Source: an uncultured Clostridium sp. (GTDB lineage: Bacteria > Bacillota > Clostridia > TANB77 > CAG-508). From it: a stretch of DNA of 64,000 nucleotides. Under the pieces are notes generated by a model. That model saw only the letters and a program-made list of their open reading frames with translations. It was not told the DNA's origin and made no database searches. The stretch covers positions 31,492 to 95,491 of the forward strand of contig USFW01000003.1 of NCBI GenBank assembly GCA_900553985.1. The letters run 5' to 3'. The translations under genes were made by a program, and so were the position numbers. Below are positions 28,385-38,985 of this stretch, piece after piece (the first letter of the stretch is position 1; each line of letters starts with the position of its first letter).

Positions 28385-29266
28385 ATGTATAAATTAGTAG
28401 CAATAGATTTAGATGGTACAATGTTAAACAGTTATGGAGTTGTAACTGAAAAAACAAGAAATACAATAAAAAAGTGTATTGAAAGAGGAACAGATGTAAT
28501 AATTGCCTCAGGGAGACCAATAGATTCAATAAAAACAATAGCAAAAGAAATAGGAAGTGAAAAATATTTTATAGCTGGAAATGGTGCAATGATATATGAT
28601 ATACAAAAAGATGAAGTGATATATGAAAAATATATGAGTAAAGAAAAGGTATTAGAAATAATTAAAATATGTGAAGAAAATAGCATTTCATATAATGTAT
28701 ATACAGATAAAACAATTTTAGCTACAAGTTTAAAATATAATGTTTTATATTATCATAAAGAGAACTTGAAAAAAGAAGATAATAAGAAAACTAATATTAG
28801 TATTGTTGAAAATATGTACGAATATGTAAAAAATATGAAAGAAGAAAAATTTTTAAAGGTGACAGTTTGTGATGAAAGTAAGACAATATTTAATTCTATC
28901 ATAAGAAAATTAAGACAAATAGAAGAGATTGAAGTTTTAGATGTATTACATATGTCAAGAAAAATAATAAAGCAAGGAACAGAAGATATTCCAATAGAAT
29001 ATCATTATACAGAAATATCTCGTGCAAATGTTGATAAATGGAATGCACTAGAATTTTTAATGGAAAAAACAAACTTGAAGAGAGAAGAGATAATAGCAAT
29101 TGGAGATAATATAAATGATAAAAAAATGATAGAAAATTCTGGATTAGGAATAGTTATGAAAGGTAGTACACCAGTGGTTTGTGAGATTGCAGATTATATA
29201 ACGGAAAGTAATAATGATGATGGTGTAGCAATAGCATTAGAAAAATTTTGCTTAGAGAATAATTAA
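28385..29266 (+). CDS. Cof-type HAD-IIB phosphatase
   Basis: Motif I AIDLDGTML, motif IV GDNINDKKM, and a cap domain typical of the Cof subfamily. The internal ATG at 28385 gives the usual N-terminus. Confidence 0.85.
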   Translation: MYKLVAIDLDGTMLNSYGVVTEKTRNTIKKCIERGTDVIIASGRPIDSIKTIAKEIGSEKYFIAGNGAMIYDIQKDEVIYEKYMSKEKVLEIIKICEENSISYNVYTDKTILATSLKYNVLYYHKENLKKEDNKKTNISIVENMYEYVKNMKEEKFLKVTVCDESKTIFNSIIRKLRQIEEIEVLDVLHMSRKIIKQGTEDIPIEYHYTEISRANVDKWNALEFLMEKTNLKREEIIAIGDNINDKKMIENSGLGIVMKGSTPVVCEIADYITESNNDDGVAIALEKFCLENN

Positions 29267-29488
29267 AATGAAAATTTAATGAAAAATTAGCAATAAAATC
29301 GACTTAAAAATTAAAAAAACATATGAAATTACTAGCACATCTGCAATGTTACAAAAATATTACAGATGTGTTATTTTTATGTTACAGAGAAGGAATAAGA
29401 TTGATTTTTATTTACAGTTGATGTAAAATAAAATAAAGTTTATTTGTAAAAAAATATATAAAAATAAATATAAAGGGAGGAATTTGTA

Positions 29489-30454
29489 ATGGCAACAAAT
29501 CCAATGCAAAGAAAAGCAAGAAATTCATTTTTATTAGGAATGTTAGTTATGCTTATAATAACAGGAATAATAATAGCAATTTTATTTATACAATTAACAA
29601 ATATTAAAAAAGCAGAAAAACAAGAAAAATTAGCAATGGTAACAGTTTATACATTAAATAGAGATGTTGATGCAGGAGAAGAAGTAAGTGAAACAGATTT
29701 TACAATTACATCAGTAAATAAGGATATAGCTCCTAAAGATTATTTAACACCAACAGATTTAAAAGAAAAAAATATAGCAAAAATAGCTATGACAGCAGGA
29801 ACAGTTTTATCAAAAGAGATGATTTATGAAGATGAATCAGAACAAGGAAATGATGTAAGAAAACAAGAATATAACATGTTTGTATTACCAACAGACTTAC
29901 AAAATGGTGATTACATAGATATAAGATTAATGTTGCCTTCAGGAACAGATTATATTGTAGCATCTAAAAAGAGAGTTGAAATACCACAAATTGCACAGGT
30001 AGATGCAACTGATACAATTTCAGTTAACTTATCAGAAGAAGAAACATTATTAGTTAGTAATGCAATAATAGATGCTTATAAAATAGTAGGCTCAAAATTA
30101 TATGTTACAAGATATACTGAACCAGGACTTCAAAAAGCTTCAGAACCAACATTCCCAGCTAATAAAGATGTAATGTCTTTAATAAATGCAAATCCAAATA
30201 TTGTGGAAGAGGCAAGACAAGCATTATGGGCAAGATATAATGATGGAGATGGTGTAAACCAAAGAAACAATGTTATAAATTCATCAATAACAAATGCAGG
30301 TGATCAAGCAACACAAAATCTTCAAACAAAAATGGAAGACAGTATTACGAATTCACAAACAAGAAGAAAAGAATATTTAGATTCTTTATCAGCAACAGCA
30401 CCAACTACACCAGAAGCAACAACTACAACTACTACAAATACAACATCAAAATAA
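29489..30454 (+). CDS. CpaB/RcpC-like Flp pilus assembly protein (SAF domain)
   Basis: N-terminal TM helix. SAF-like segment VTVYTLNRDVDAGEEVSETDF. Thr-rich low-complexity C-terminus. Confidence 0.65.
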   Translation: MATNPMQRKARNSFLLGMLVMLIITGIIIAILFIQLTNIKKAEKQEKLAMVTVYTLNRDVDAGEEVSETDFTITSVNKDIAPKDYLTPTDLKEKNIAKIAMTAGTVLSKEMIYEDESEQGNDVRKQEYNMFVLPTDLQNGDYIDIRLMLPSGTDYIVASKKRVEIPQIAQVDATDTISVNLSEEETLLVSNAIIDAYKIVGSKLYVTRYTEPGLQKASEPTFPANKDVMSLINANPNIVEEARQALWARYNDGDGVNQRNNVINSSITNAGDQATQNLQTKMEDSITNSQTRRKEYLDSLSATAPTTPEATTTTTTNTTSK

Positions 30455-30469
30455 AAGAAAGGAATTAAT

Positions 30470-31168
30470 ATGAAAAAGATAGGATTTATAGGAGCGTATG
30501 ATAAAACAGATTTGCTATTAAATTTAGCCAAGATATTAACAGTAATGAATAATAGGGTATTAATAATAGATTCAAGTTTGATGCAAAAAGCCAAATATGT
30601 TGTACCTGTTATAAATCCTACTGTTACATATATAACAACATTTGAAGATTTCGATGTTGCAGTTGGATTTAACAGCTTAAAACAAATAAAAGGATATTTA
30701 GGATATTCTGAAAACGAAGATCTACCATATGATATTGTTTTGGTGGATTCAGATACAGAAGAAAGCATAGAAAATTTTGAGTTAATAAATGCAGAAAAAA
30801 ATTATTTTGTAACAGCTTTTGACTTATATTCATTAAAAAAAGGACTAGAGATATTAAGTGGGCTAAGAGAACCAATGGCTTTAACAAAAATATTATTTTC
30901 AAAAGATATGACAAAAGAAGAAGATGATTATTTGAATTTTTTGTCACTAGGATATAAAGCATTGTGGAATGATTATAGAATATATTTTATATTAAATGAA
31001 GAAGATACAAATGCATTAATAGAAAATCAGAGAGTTTCAAAAATAAGATTTAAAAAAATAAGTTCACAATATAAGGATAGTTTGATATATATAGTTCAAG
31101 AAATATTAAAAGATACAAGTGAAAGTAATATTAGAAAAGTTGTTAAAATAATAGAAAGAGGAGTATAA
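30470..31168 (+). CDS. ParA/MinD-fold protein with degenerate P-loop (TadZ/CpaE-like)
   Basis: MKKIGFIGAYDKTD occupies the Walker A position but has no GKT/S. A later VLVDSD Walker B-like strand is present. Confidence 0.5.
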   Translation: MKKIGFIGAYDKTDLLLNLAKILTVMNNRVLIIDSSLMQKAKYVVPVINPTVTYITTFEDFDVAVGFNSLKQIKGYLGYSENEDLPYDIVLVDSDTEESIENFELINAEKNYFVTAFDLYSLKKGLEILSGLREPMALTKILFSKDMTKEEDDYLNFLSLGYKALWNDYRIYFILNEEDTNALIENQRVSKIRFKKISSQYKDSLIYIVQEILKDTSESNIRKVVKIIERGV

Positions 31169-31169
31169 T

Positions 31170-32018
31170 ATGTCAATTGTAACATTTTACAATAATAATA
31201 TAGAACAGACTGGAAAAACAATGTCAATAACAGCAATTGCTACATTTATGTCAATTGAACATAATTACAGAATTCTTATAATATCTACAACAAATAAAGA
31301 AGATAATTTAAAAAATTGTTTTTGGGAAGAAAAGAAAAAAAGAAGAAATTTAGGAATATTTGGACCAAATGCAAATCTTGAAGTACAAAATGGTGTAGAA
31401 GGGTTAACAAGAATAATTAGAAGCAATAAAATAACACCAGATATAATTACAAATTATACAAAAGTTGTGTTTAAAGATAGACTAGAAGTTTTATTAGGAA
31501 GTAATCAAGTTGAGCGTAATAGTCCAGAATTGCAAAATATAGAAAAAACATATCCAGAAATAATAAAATCAGCAAATAAATATTATGATTTAGTATTTGT
31601 AGATTTAGATGAAAATGTAGATGAAGAAACAAAAACTTCAATATTAGATATGTCAGACGTAACAGTGGTTAACTTGAGTCAAAGATTAAGAAGTATAAAT
31701 AAATTTGCTGAAACTAAAGTAAATACAAATAGATTGAAAGATAGAAAAAAATTAATTTTAATAGGAAGATATGATAAGTATTCAAAATATAATTCTAAGA
31801 ATATAACTAGATATTTAGGAGAAAAAAATCAAGTATTGACAGTACCATATAATACATTATTTATGGAAGCTAGTGAAGAAGCTGGAGTACCAGATTTATT
31901 TTTGAGATTCAGAAAAATGGCAGAGACAGAAGATGTTAATGGATTTTTTATATCAGAGATAAGAAGAGCTAGTGAAAATATAATTTATAGATTACAAGAT
32001 TTACAAATGAAATTGTAA
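31170..32018 (+). CDS. ParA/MinD-fold protein (TadZ/CpaE-like), deviant P-loop
   Basis: FYNNNIEQTGKTMS (partial Walker A) and LVFVDLDE (Walker B-like). Start is 2 nt after the upstream stop. Confidence 0.5.
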   Translation: MSIVTFYNNNIEQTGKTMSITAIATFMSIEHNYRILIISTTNKEDNLKNCFWEEKKKRRNLGIFGPNANLEVQNGVEGLTRIIRSNKITPDIITNYTKVVFKDRLEVLLGSNQVERNSPELQNIEKTYPEIIKSANKYYDLVFVDLDENVDEETKTSILDMSDVTVVNLSQRLRSINKFAETKVNTNRLKDRKKLILIGRYDKYSKYNSKNITRYLGEKNQVLTVPYNTLFMEASEEAGVPDLFLRFRKMAETEDVNGFFISEIRRASENIIYRLQDLQMKL

Positions 32019-32035
32019 AAGAAAGGAGACCTTAA

Positions 32036-33982
32036 ATGACTATAACAAATATAATATTATCTCTAATTGTATTACTAATAACAGCATTTGCAGTATATTA
32101 TTTCATTAAAAAGAAAAAAGAAGAACCAGTAGAAGAAACAATAAATGTGGATGATAAAACATATACATTGGATGCAATGAGAGATTTTGTAAAGAGAAGA
32201 TTAGATGAAATAACAAAAGTCAATTTATATGATATAGGTCTTTCAGAAGAAGAATTAAAAAGAAGAAAAAATAAAAAATATGAGCTAAAAAAAGCATTAA
32301 AAGGATGTACATATGGAGATGTTAATGATAAAAAATATGTTAAGGAATTAATATATGATTTATTAGCACAAGAATATGGAGTTGATGAAACAAATATATC
32401 TAAAGCAATACCATTTGATATTCCATCACTTCTAACTGCTAGAGACAAATTTGATATTTTAATATATGTATATAAAAAAGAATTTGGATACGAAGCTTTA
32501 ACAGAAATGATAAAAAAATATGATTTAGCTGAGTTAAAATATATAGAAGGAGAAACAAAACCTTCATATGTAATTACTGAACAAGAAATTGAAGATATAT
32601 ATGAAAAGGAAAATATAACATTAACATTTGCAGATAAATTAGCAATAGTAGTACAAAGAATTTATCAACATTATAAAGGATATAGTTCAATTGATGAAGT
32701 AAGAGATATGAATATAGATGGAGTTTCTGGAGGAGTATCAGGTCTGCCAGAAAGTTTTTTAAGTCAAGTAGCACAAACAGATGGAGATTATTTAAATCAA
32801 ATAGCAGAACATAAAGTACCAAGAGCTTGTGATAGCATATGGATATTCTTCCAAGGTAAATCTATAAGATTAGCATTCTTATCATTTGAAACAGAAGCTG
32901 AGTTAAAAAGAGTATGTCAAAATATATATAAATACAATAACCCAGGACAATTATCAGACACAAATGGATATAAAATTAATGAAATGAAAGACGGTTCTCG
33001 TGTTGTTGTAGTAAGACCAAGTTTCTCAGAAACATGGGCATTTTTTGTAAGAAAATTCGATGTTAAAAGAGCAACTTTAGAACAATTAGTAAGGGATCCA
33101 GGAAAAGAAGATGCAATACAATTGTTAAAATTTCTAGTAAAAGGAGCAAGGATTACTTCAATAACAGGAGAGCAAGGTTCGGGTAAAACAACACTATTAA
33201 TGGGAATGATAGAAAATATATATGAAACAATGAATATAAGGGTTCAAGAAACAGCATTCGAGTTACATTTAAGAAAAATATATCCAACAAGAAATATTTT
33301 AACATTCCGTGAAACAGACACAATTTCAGGACAAGAAGGTTTAGATGTTCAAAAGAAAACGGATGGTTCTGTAAATATCATTGGAGAGGTTGCAACAGAC
33401 CCTGTAGCATCTTGGATGATACAAGCAGCCCAAGTAGCATCTAAATTCACATTATTTACTCACCATGCTAAAACATTTCCAAACTTAGTAACAGCATTAA
33501 GAAACTCAATGTTAAGAACAGGAGTATTCACAGACGAAAAAACAGCAGAAGAACAAGTTGTACAAGTTTTAAATTTTGACATTCACCAAGTAAAAGATTT
33601 TAGAGGAAAAAGATATATAGAAAGAATTACAGAATGTATACCAGTAGAAGACAAAAATGAATATACATTTGACCATAGAAAAGAAAAAACATTAGAAGGA
33701 AAATTTGATAAGTTTTTTGATAATGCAACACATTTTTTTACAAAAACAACAGATAAACAATTATATACATATAGAAACATAATGGAATATATTGATGGAG
33801 AATATGTAATAACAAATCCAATAACAGATGAAAATATAAAAGAAATGAGAAATAATATGGATGAAACAGATGTAGAAGCATTTGATAAATTTATAGAAAA
33901 ACATTGGGCAAAAAAATCAAATGAAACAGTAAATAGTGAAGCAGAAAAACCAAAAAGAGGAAGAAAAGCAAAACAATCATAG
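32036..33982 (+). CDS. CpaF/TadA-family secretion ATPase with an N-terminal TM anchor
   Basis: Walker A GEQGSGKTTLL. Downstream ETAFEL and IIGEV...THHA boxes sit in the positions of the Asp and His boxes of VirB11/CpaF ATPases. N-terminal hydrophobic helix ILSLIVLLITAFAVYYF. Confidence 0.7.
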   Translation: MTITNIILSLIVLLITAFAVYYFIKKKKEEPVEETINVDDKTYTLDAMRDFVKRRLDEITKVNLYDIGLSEEELKRRKNKKYELKKALKGCTYGDVNDKKYVKELIYDLLAQEYGVDETNISKAIPFDIPSLLTARDKFDILIYVYKKEFGYEALTEMIKKYDLAELKYIEGETKPSYVITEQEIEDIYEKENITLTFADKLAIVVQRIYQHYKGYSSIDEVRDMNIDGVSGGVSGLPESFLSQVAQTDGDYLNQIAEHKVPRACDSIWIFFQGKSIRLAFLSFETEAELKRVCQNIYKYNNPGQLSDTNGYKINEMKDGSRVVVVRPSFSETWAFFVRKFDVKRATLEQLVRDPGKEDAIQLLKFLVKGARITSITGEQGSGKTTLLMGMIENIYETMNIRVQETAFELHLRKIYPTRNILTFRETDTISGQEGLDVQKKTDGSVNIIGEVATDPVASWMIQAAQVASKFTLFTHHAKTFPNLVTALRNSMLRTGVFTDEKTAEEQVVQVLNFDIHQVKDFRGKRYIERITECIPVEDKNEYTFDHRKEKTLEGKFDKFFDNATHFFTKTTDKQLYTYRNIMEYIDGEYVITNPITDENIKEMRNNMDETDVEAFDKFIEKHWAKKSNETVNSEAEKPKRGRKAKQS

Positions 33983-34018
33983 TATCATGATAAAGCTAAA
34001 AGGAGGTGCGATATAAGA

Positions 34019-36097
34019 GTGTCTAATCAAATAATATTTTACATAATGGGTGGAGCAGCAGGACTATTAGTAATAATGATAATTGCATATTTTATATTAG
34101 CAAAGAGAATGCAAAAATCAGAATATAGACAGATAAAAAGACTACAGCAAGGCACAAAAGAAAAATCATTTTCTTCAGAAGTTCTTTTTCAAAAACTATA
34201 TATAATGTATGTAAGAGTTCCATTCTTAAAAAGATATATATTAAAATTGCGTAGAAGATTAGAGATTATAAATATTGATGATGAGTATAGCACAAGAAGA
34301 GATTCAGCAAAAATTTTAACTAAAGCACTAGCCTTAATTATACCAATAGTTATTGTGACAATTTTACTAACAAAAAGTAATTATCTAATAATGACAATAT
34401 TACTTATATTTGAATTATTCATGATAGATACATTAATAGATGGATCAGTAGATAAAAAAGATTCAATGCTATTAAAAGAACAATTAGATTTCTTTTCTGA
34501 AATAAGACATGCATATCACGAATTTAATATGGTAGAAGAAGCAATATATCAAGTATCACAAGATGACGAAATGGATGTATCAAGGCAAGGAGAAAAAATC
34601 TATGAAATATTAATTTCTGATGATCCAGAAATGGAATTAGAAAAATATTATGATATAGCACCAAATATATTCTTAAAAGAATTTGCGGGAGTATCATATT
34701 TAACAAAAGAATTTGGTGATAGAAAAGTAGATGGTGCATCATTGTACTTAAAAAATATAAATAACATATCAAAAGAAATGCAATTGGAAATTTTAAAAAG
34801 GGATAAGCTAAACTATGTATTTCAAAGCTTATCACTAATTGCAATAACACCAATATTATTACTAGAGCCATTAAAAAACTGGTCAATATCAAACTTCTCA
34901 TTTACAGCAAGTTGGTATAATGGAAAACCAGGAATGATAGTTCAAATACTAATATTAATCTTAACATTTATATCATATACCTTGGTAAGAAGATTAAAAG
35001 ATAATGGTTCAACAGGAATAAATACAAAAAATACAGAAAATCCATGGCAAGCAAAATTATATAAAAACAAAATAATAAAAAAAATTGTTGACTTATTTAT
35101 CCCAAAAGAAGGAACAAAAGAATACAGAAAAGTACAACAACAATTAAAAGATGCCGCATCACATTTAAAGATGGAATGGTTATATATAAATAGAATAACT
35201 TTGGCAATAACCACTTGTGTTGTGTCAATAATAGTATTTACATATTTGCATAAATTAGCTATAGACTATGTATACACAGAACCAACTACAAGTTATAATC
35301 TGATGGGAGAACTAGACGAAAAAGATAAAGCAAAAGCTATGGAAATAACAGAACAAGACAATATAATATTAAATATGTTTAGAGGAAAGTTGGATACAAC
35401 AGAAAAGCAAATTCAAATAGAAGTAAAAAGACAAAAGTTTTATGAAGATGCAGAAGATAAAGAGATAGAAGTAGCAGTAGAAAGAATTTATAAAAAATTA
35501 AAAATTGTAAATAGTGAATATATAAAATGGTTTGAAATATTATTATCTTTTGTATTTGCAATAATAGGATATATGGCACCAATGGCATTACTTATGTTCC
35601 AAATAAAAATGAGACAAATAGAAATGGAAGATGAGGTAATGCAGTTTCAAACAATAATTTTAATGTTAATGCAAATTGAAAGGGTAAATGTTGAAATTAT
35701 ATTGGAATGGCTAGAAAGGTATGCAAATATCTTTAAAGAACCAATATCAAAATGTGTAAATAACTATGAATCAGGAGCATGGGAAGCTTTAGAGGAAATG
35801 AAAGAAGAAGTAAGTTATATGCCACTAGTAAGAATCATAGAAAGCTTGCAAGCAGCAGTAGAAAAAATTCCTATCAAAGATGCCTTTGATGAATTAGACT
35901 CTGAAAGAGACTACTATCAAGAAAAAAGAAAAGAATCGAATGATAGATTAATAAAAAGAAAAGGTATGATAGGAAAAGCAATAGGATTCGCACCGATGGT
36001 ATGTATGTTTGTTGGATATTTAATTGTACCATTAGTATTCATAGGATTAACAAGTATGTCAGATACAATGGCAGGAATGATGTCACAAACGATGTAA
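34019..36097 (+). CDS. polytopic membrane protein, TadB/TadC (GspF-like) platform candidate
   Basis: 692 aa with multiple TM helices. The C-terminal part (ESGAWEALEEMKEEVSYMPLVRIIESLQAAVEKIPIKDAFDELD) resembles the T2SS-F repeat. Confidence 0.55.
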   Translation: MSNQIIFYIMGGAAGLLVIMIIAYFILAKRMQKSEYRQIKRLQQGTKEKSFSSEVLFQKLYIMYVRVPFLKRYILKLRRRLEIINIDDEYSTRRDSAKILTKALALIIPIVIVTILLTKSNYLIMTILLIFELFMIDTLIDGSVDKKDSMLLKEQLDFFSEIRHAYHEFNMVEEAIYQVSQDDEMDVSRQGEKIYEILISDDPEMELEKYYDIAPNIFLKEFAGVSYLTKEFGDRKVDGASLYLKNINNISKEMQLEILKRDKLNYVFQSLSLIAITPILLLEPLKNWSISNFSFTASWYNGKPGMIVQILILILTFISYTLVRRLKDNGSTGINTKNTENPWQAKLYKNKIIKKIVDLFIPKEGTKEYRKVQQQLKDAASHLKMEWLYINRITLAITTCVVSIIVFTYLHKLAIDYVYTEPTTSYNLMGELDEKDKAKAMEITEQDNIILNMFRGKLDTTEKQIQIEVKRQKFYEDAEDKEIEVAVERIYKKLKIVNSEYIKWFEILLSFVFAIIGYMAPMALLMFQIKMRQIEMEDEVMQFQTIILMLMQIERVNVEIILEWLERYANIFKEPISKCVNNYESGAWEALEEMKEEVSYMPLVRIIESLQAAVEKIPIKDAFDELDSERDYYQEKRKESNDRLIKRKGMIGKAIGFAPMVCMFVGYLIVPLVFIGLTSMSDTMAGMMSQTM

Positions 36098-36112
36098 AGG
36101 AGATGAAGTTTA

Positions 36113-36826
36113 ATGGAGAATGCATCAAAAGCATTAATAATAGCAGGTAGTGTGTTATTAGCACTAATAGTAATTGGTGCATTCATGTTAATGTTATCGA
36201 ATCTTACTGATTATAAGGATAAAAATGATACAAGAGTACAACAACAACAAATAGTCGAATTTAATAATCAATTTTCAACATATGATAGAATAGGTCTAAG
36301 AGGAACTGATATGCTATCTTTAATGAATAGAATAATAGACTATAATGTAAGAAAAACAGCAGAAGAAGTAGGTTTTCAAAAGATGAAAATGACTATAAAG
36401 GGAATTGATAAAAATATACTACAAGCAGTGAGATATGAGCCATCAGGACCAAACTTATTAATAAAGAAAAATGCTTATACGCAAGAAGATTTATCAGAAA
36501 TAGTAACAAAACCTCAAAATTTAGAAAATAAATATCAGAAAAAATATATTACACAATTAGTAAGTAACGTTTCATCTTTTATGGATATTTATAGCAGTAG
36601 TTTATCAATAAATCAAAAGATACAAGAAATAAATGATAAAAAATGGTTGCCCAAAAGTATAACAACATATGGGAGCTTAGATAGTGTGAAAAATGACATT
36701 TTAATATATTATGAGTATTCACAATTTAAGAGAACATACTTTGATTCTACAGGAGAGACTAAATATGATAAAAATACAGGAAGAATTACGGAAATGAATT
36801 TTAATTGTGTAGGAATAGGAGAGTAA
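36113..36826 (+). CDS. pilin-like protein, MENASKAL class (237 aa)
   Basis: N-terminus MENASKALIIAGSVLLALIVIGAFMLMLS. One of four paralogous N-termini in the locus. Confidence 0.6.
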   Translation: MENASKALIIAGSVLLALIVIGAFMLMLSNLTDYKDKNDTRVQQQQIVEFNNQFSTYDRIGLRGTDMLSLMNRIIDYNVRKTAEEVGFQKMKMTIKGIDKNILQAVRYEPSGPNLLIKKNAYTQEDLSEIVTKPQNLENKYQKKYITQLVSNVSSFMDIYSSSLSINQKIQEINDKKWLPKSITTYGSLDSVKNDILIYYEYSQFKRTYFDSTGETKYDKNTGRITEMNFNCVGIGE

Positions 36827-36827
36827 T

Positions 36828-37316
36828 ATGGAGAATGCATCAAAAGCATTATTAATGGCAGCAGGCGTACTAATTGGGGTATTGATATTATCTTTAGCAG
36901 TATTTTTATTTGTGAATTTTGGAGGAACATCAGCTAGGATACATGATACAGTACAAAAAAACCAATTAGCTAAATTTAATACACAATTCACTAATTATGA
37001 AACAAAAGAAAGTGTAACAATTTATGATATTGTTTCAGTAGCTAATTTAGCAACTGAAAATAATAGAGAAAATCAATTACAAAAGAAAACAGCATCAACT
37101 AATGGAATAGATAATTATATAACTGTAAAATTAAAAGGAAGATGTATAGAAGGTGGAGAAAACACAGATATAAAGCAACTAGAGGATGATTATAATAAAA
37201 AAATAATAGAAGATATCAATAGACAAAATAATGGAGAATTAAAAAAATATAAAGCAAAGACATATGTAAGTACAGAAACGGGCAGAGTTTATTTAATAGA
37301 ATTTAGTGAAATTTAA
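36828..37316 (+). CDS. pilin-like protein, MENASKAL class (162 aa)
   Basis: N-terminus MENASKALLMAAGVLIGVLILSLAVFLFV. Confidence 0.6.
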   Translation: MENASKALLMAAGVLIGVLILSLAVFLFVNFGGTSARIHDTVQKNQLAKFNTQFTNYETKESVTIYDIVSVANLATENNRENQLQKKTASTNGIDNYITVKLKGRCIEGGENTDIKQLEDDYNKKIIEDINRQNNGELKKYKAKTYVSTETGRVYLIEFSEI

Positions 37317-37357
37317 TAAAAAAATTTTATATATGGAATATATTAGACAGGTGAAAA

Positions 37358-37789
37358 ATGAAGAAATTTATAATTTTTTTAGTAGTTATTTTAATGATAA
37401 TTGCAACAATATCATATCTTTATTTGAATTATAAAGCTAATTACAACATAGCCCAAAAAGAAAATTTTCAATTTGAAAGTTACTATAATCAAGAAATATT
37501 TGGACCAGATGTTGCAACTGTAATAAATAAAGCAATTGATAAAAATTCAAACAACAATATAAAGAAAGATAATAAAGGCAATTACATAGAAGATAATACT
37601 AATTCGATAAAAATAGATATAAAATTTATAGATGATGATAAAATACACAACATGGAAGAAATCTTTAACAAAGGTATAGGCACATTTATGCAATATTATA
37701 GCCAGATAAAATTCAAATGCACAAAAATTGATTATCATAAATCTAGTAAAAAAGTTAAATATATGTTATTTGAACAAATAACAAAATAA
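37358..37789 (+). CDS. small N-terminally anchored protein of the pilus locus
   Basis: MKKFIIFLVVILMIIATISYLYL anchor followed by a polar domain. Confidence 0.5.
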   Translation: MKKFIIFLVVILMIIATISYLYLNYKANYNIAQKENFQFESYYNQEIFGPDVATVINKAIDKNSNNNIKKDNKGNYIEDNTNSIKIDIKFIDDDKIHNMEEIFNKGIGTFMQYYSQIKFKCTKIDYHKSSKKVKYMLFEQITK

Positions 37790-37859
37790 TAAAGTTATTT
37801 AAGTTACTAAAGAAATTTAGTATATATAGCAAAAGTAAAATTTAAAGGAGGAATTTTTT

Positions 37860-38282
37860 ATGGAAAATGCATCAAAAGCATTAATTATTGCAGGAGCAAT
37901 ACTATTAGCAATTTTAATTATAACATTAGGAATTGTAATTTACAATCAAGCACAAGGAGTAGTAAATAATAGTTCGATGAATCAAGTTGAAGTAACACAA
38001 TTTAATACACAATTTACACAATATGAAGGTAAACAAAGAGGTTCAGTTGTAAAATCTCTATTCCAAACAGTATTAGCAAATAATGTATCACAAGATAGTG
38101 AGGATAGACAAGTTAAAATTGAATGTACAGTAACAGGAAATTTAGAAAAAAATGCTACATCATTACCTGCAAATATGTCAAAAATAGCAACAGGTGCATC
38201 ATATGAAATAAGTATTAAATATGGTACAGGTAAAGGTAATGCTGGATTGGTTGATGTAATTACAGTTGCACCAGCAAATTAA
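37860..38282 (+). CDS. pilin-like protein, MENASKAL class (140 aa); major subunit candidate
   Basis: N-terminus MENASKALIIAGAILLAILIITLGIVIY. Strongest SD in the locus (AAAGGAGGA), preceded by a 70-nt spacer, and the smallest globular domain. Confidence 0.6.
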   Translation: MENASKALIIAGAILLAILIITLGIVIYNQAQGVVNNSSMNQVEVTQFNTQFTQYEGKQRGSVVKSLFQTVLANNVSQDSEDRQVKIECTVTGNLEKNATSLPANMSKIATGASYEISIKYGTGKGNAGLVDVITVAPAN

Positions 38283-38308
38283 AAAGTACAAAGAAAGGAT
38301 GATATATT

Positions 38309-38950
38309 ATGGAAAATGCAGCAGACGCATTAAAAATGGCAGCAGCCGTATTAGCTTTTGTTCTAGCATTAGGAATTAGTATGTCATCTTTTTCCGAAGT
38401 TAGAGAAGTTTCTGAAATAATTTTAAATTATAAAGACAAAGAATATAATTACAATTATATTCCAGAAAATGGAGATACTACTAGAAAAGTAAGTGTAGAG
38501 ACAATAGTTCAAGCAATTTATAGAGCGTACAATGAAAATTATAAAATTTATTTTTATGAAAATGGTAATGAATCAGACCCATTAACTATATTTCAAAAAG
38601 GAACAAATCAAAAAGAAGAAATTAATTATATTGATTTAAGAGGACAAGCACTAGTAAGTGTTGAAAAGAGAAATCAGTTTATAGGTTGCATTTTATATGG
38701 AAGTTCATATAGAGATCCTAATGGAAAATCATTTAATGATATAAAAAATGAATTTAAAGAACTAGGAATTATATTGCAAGATCAAGGATTATATGATAAA
38801 ATATTAAGTAGTGGAGGAGCTGAAGAAAAATTTGGAGTGTATTATGAAGATGATGAGATAGTAGATAACTCAAATCCAGATGATTCTGAATCAAACGTAC
38901 CACAAGCAAACAGAGTAAAGAAAAGGGTTATTACATATATTTTGCAATAA
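38309..38950 (+). CDS. pilin-like protein, MENAADAL variant (213 aa)
   Basis: N-terminus MENAADALKMAAAVLAFVLALGISM. Confidence 0.55.
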   Translation: MENAADALKMAAAVLAFVLALGISMSSFSEVREVSEIILNYKDKEYNYNYIPENGDTTRKVSVETIVQAIYRAYNENYKIYFYENGNESDPLTIFQKGTNQKEEINYIDLRGQALVSVEKRNQFIGCILYGSSYRDPNGKSFNDIKNEFKELGIILQDQGLYDKILSSGGAEEKFGVYYEDDEIVDNSNPDDSESNVPQANRVKKRVITYILQ

Positions 38951-38985
38951 TAAAAAGGAGAATTTATTATTAGAAGGAGGAAGTT

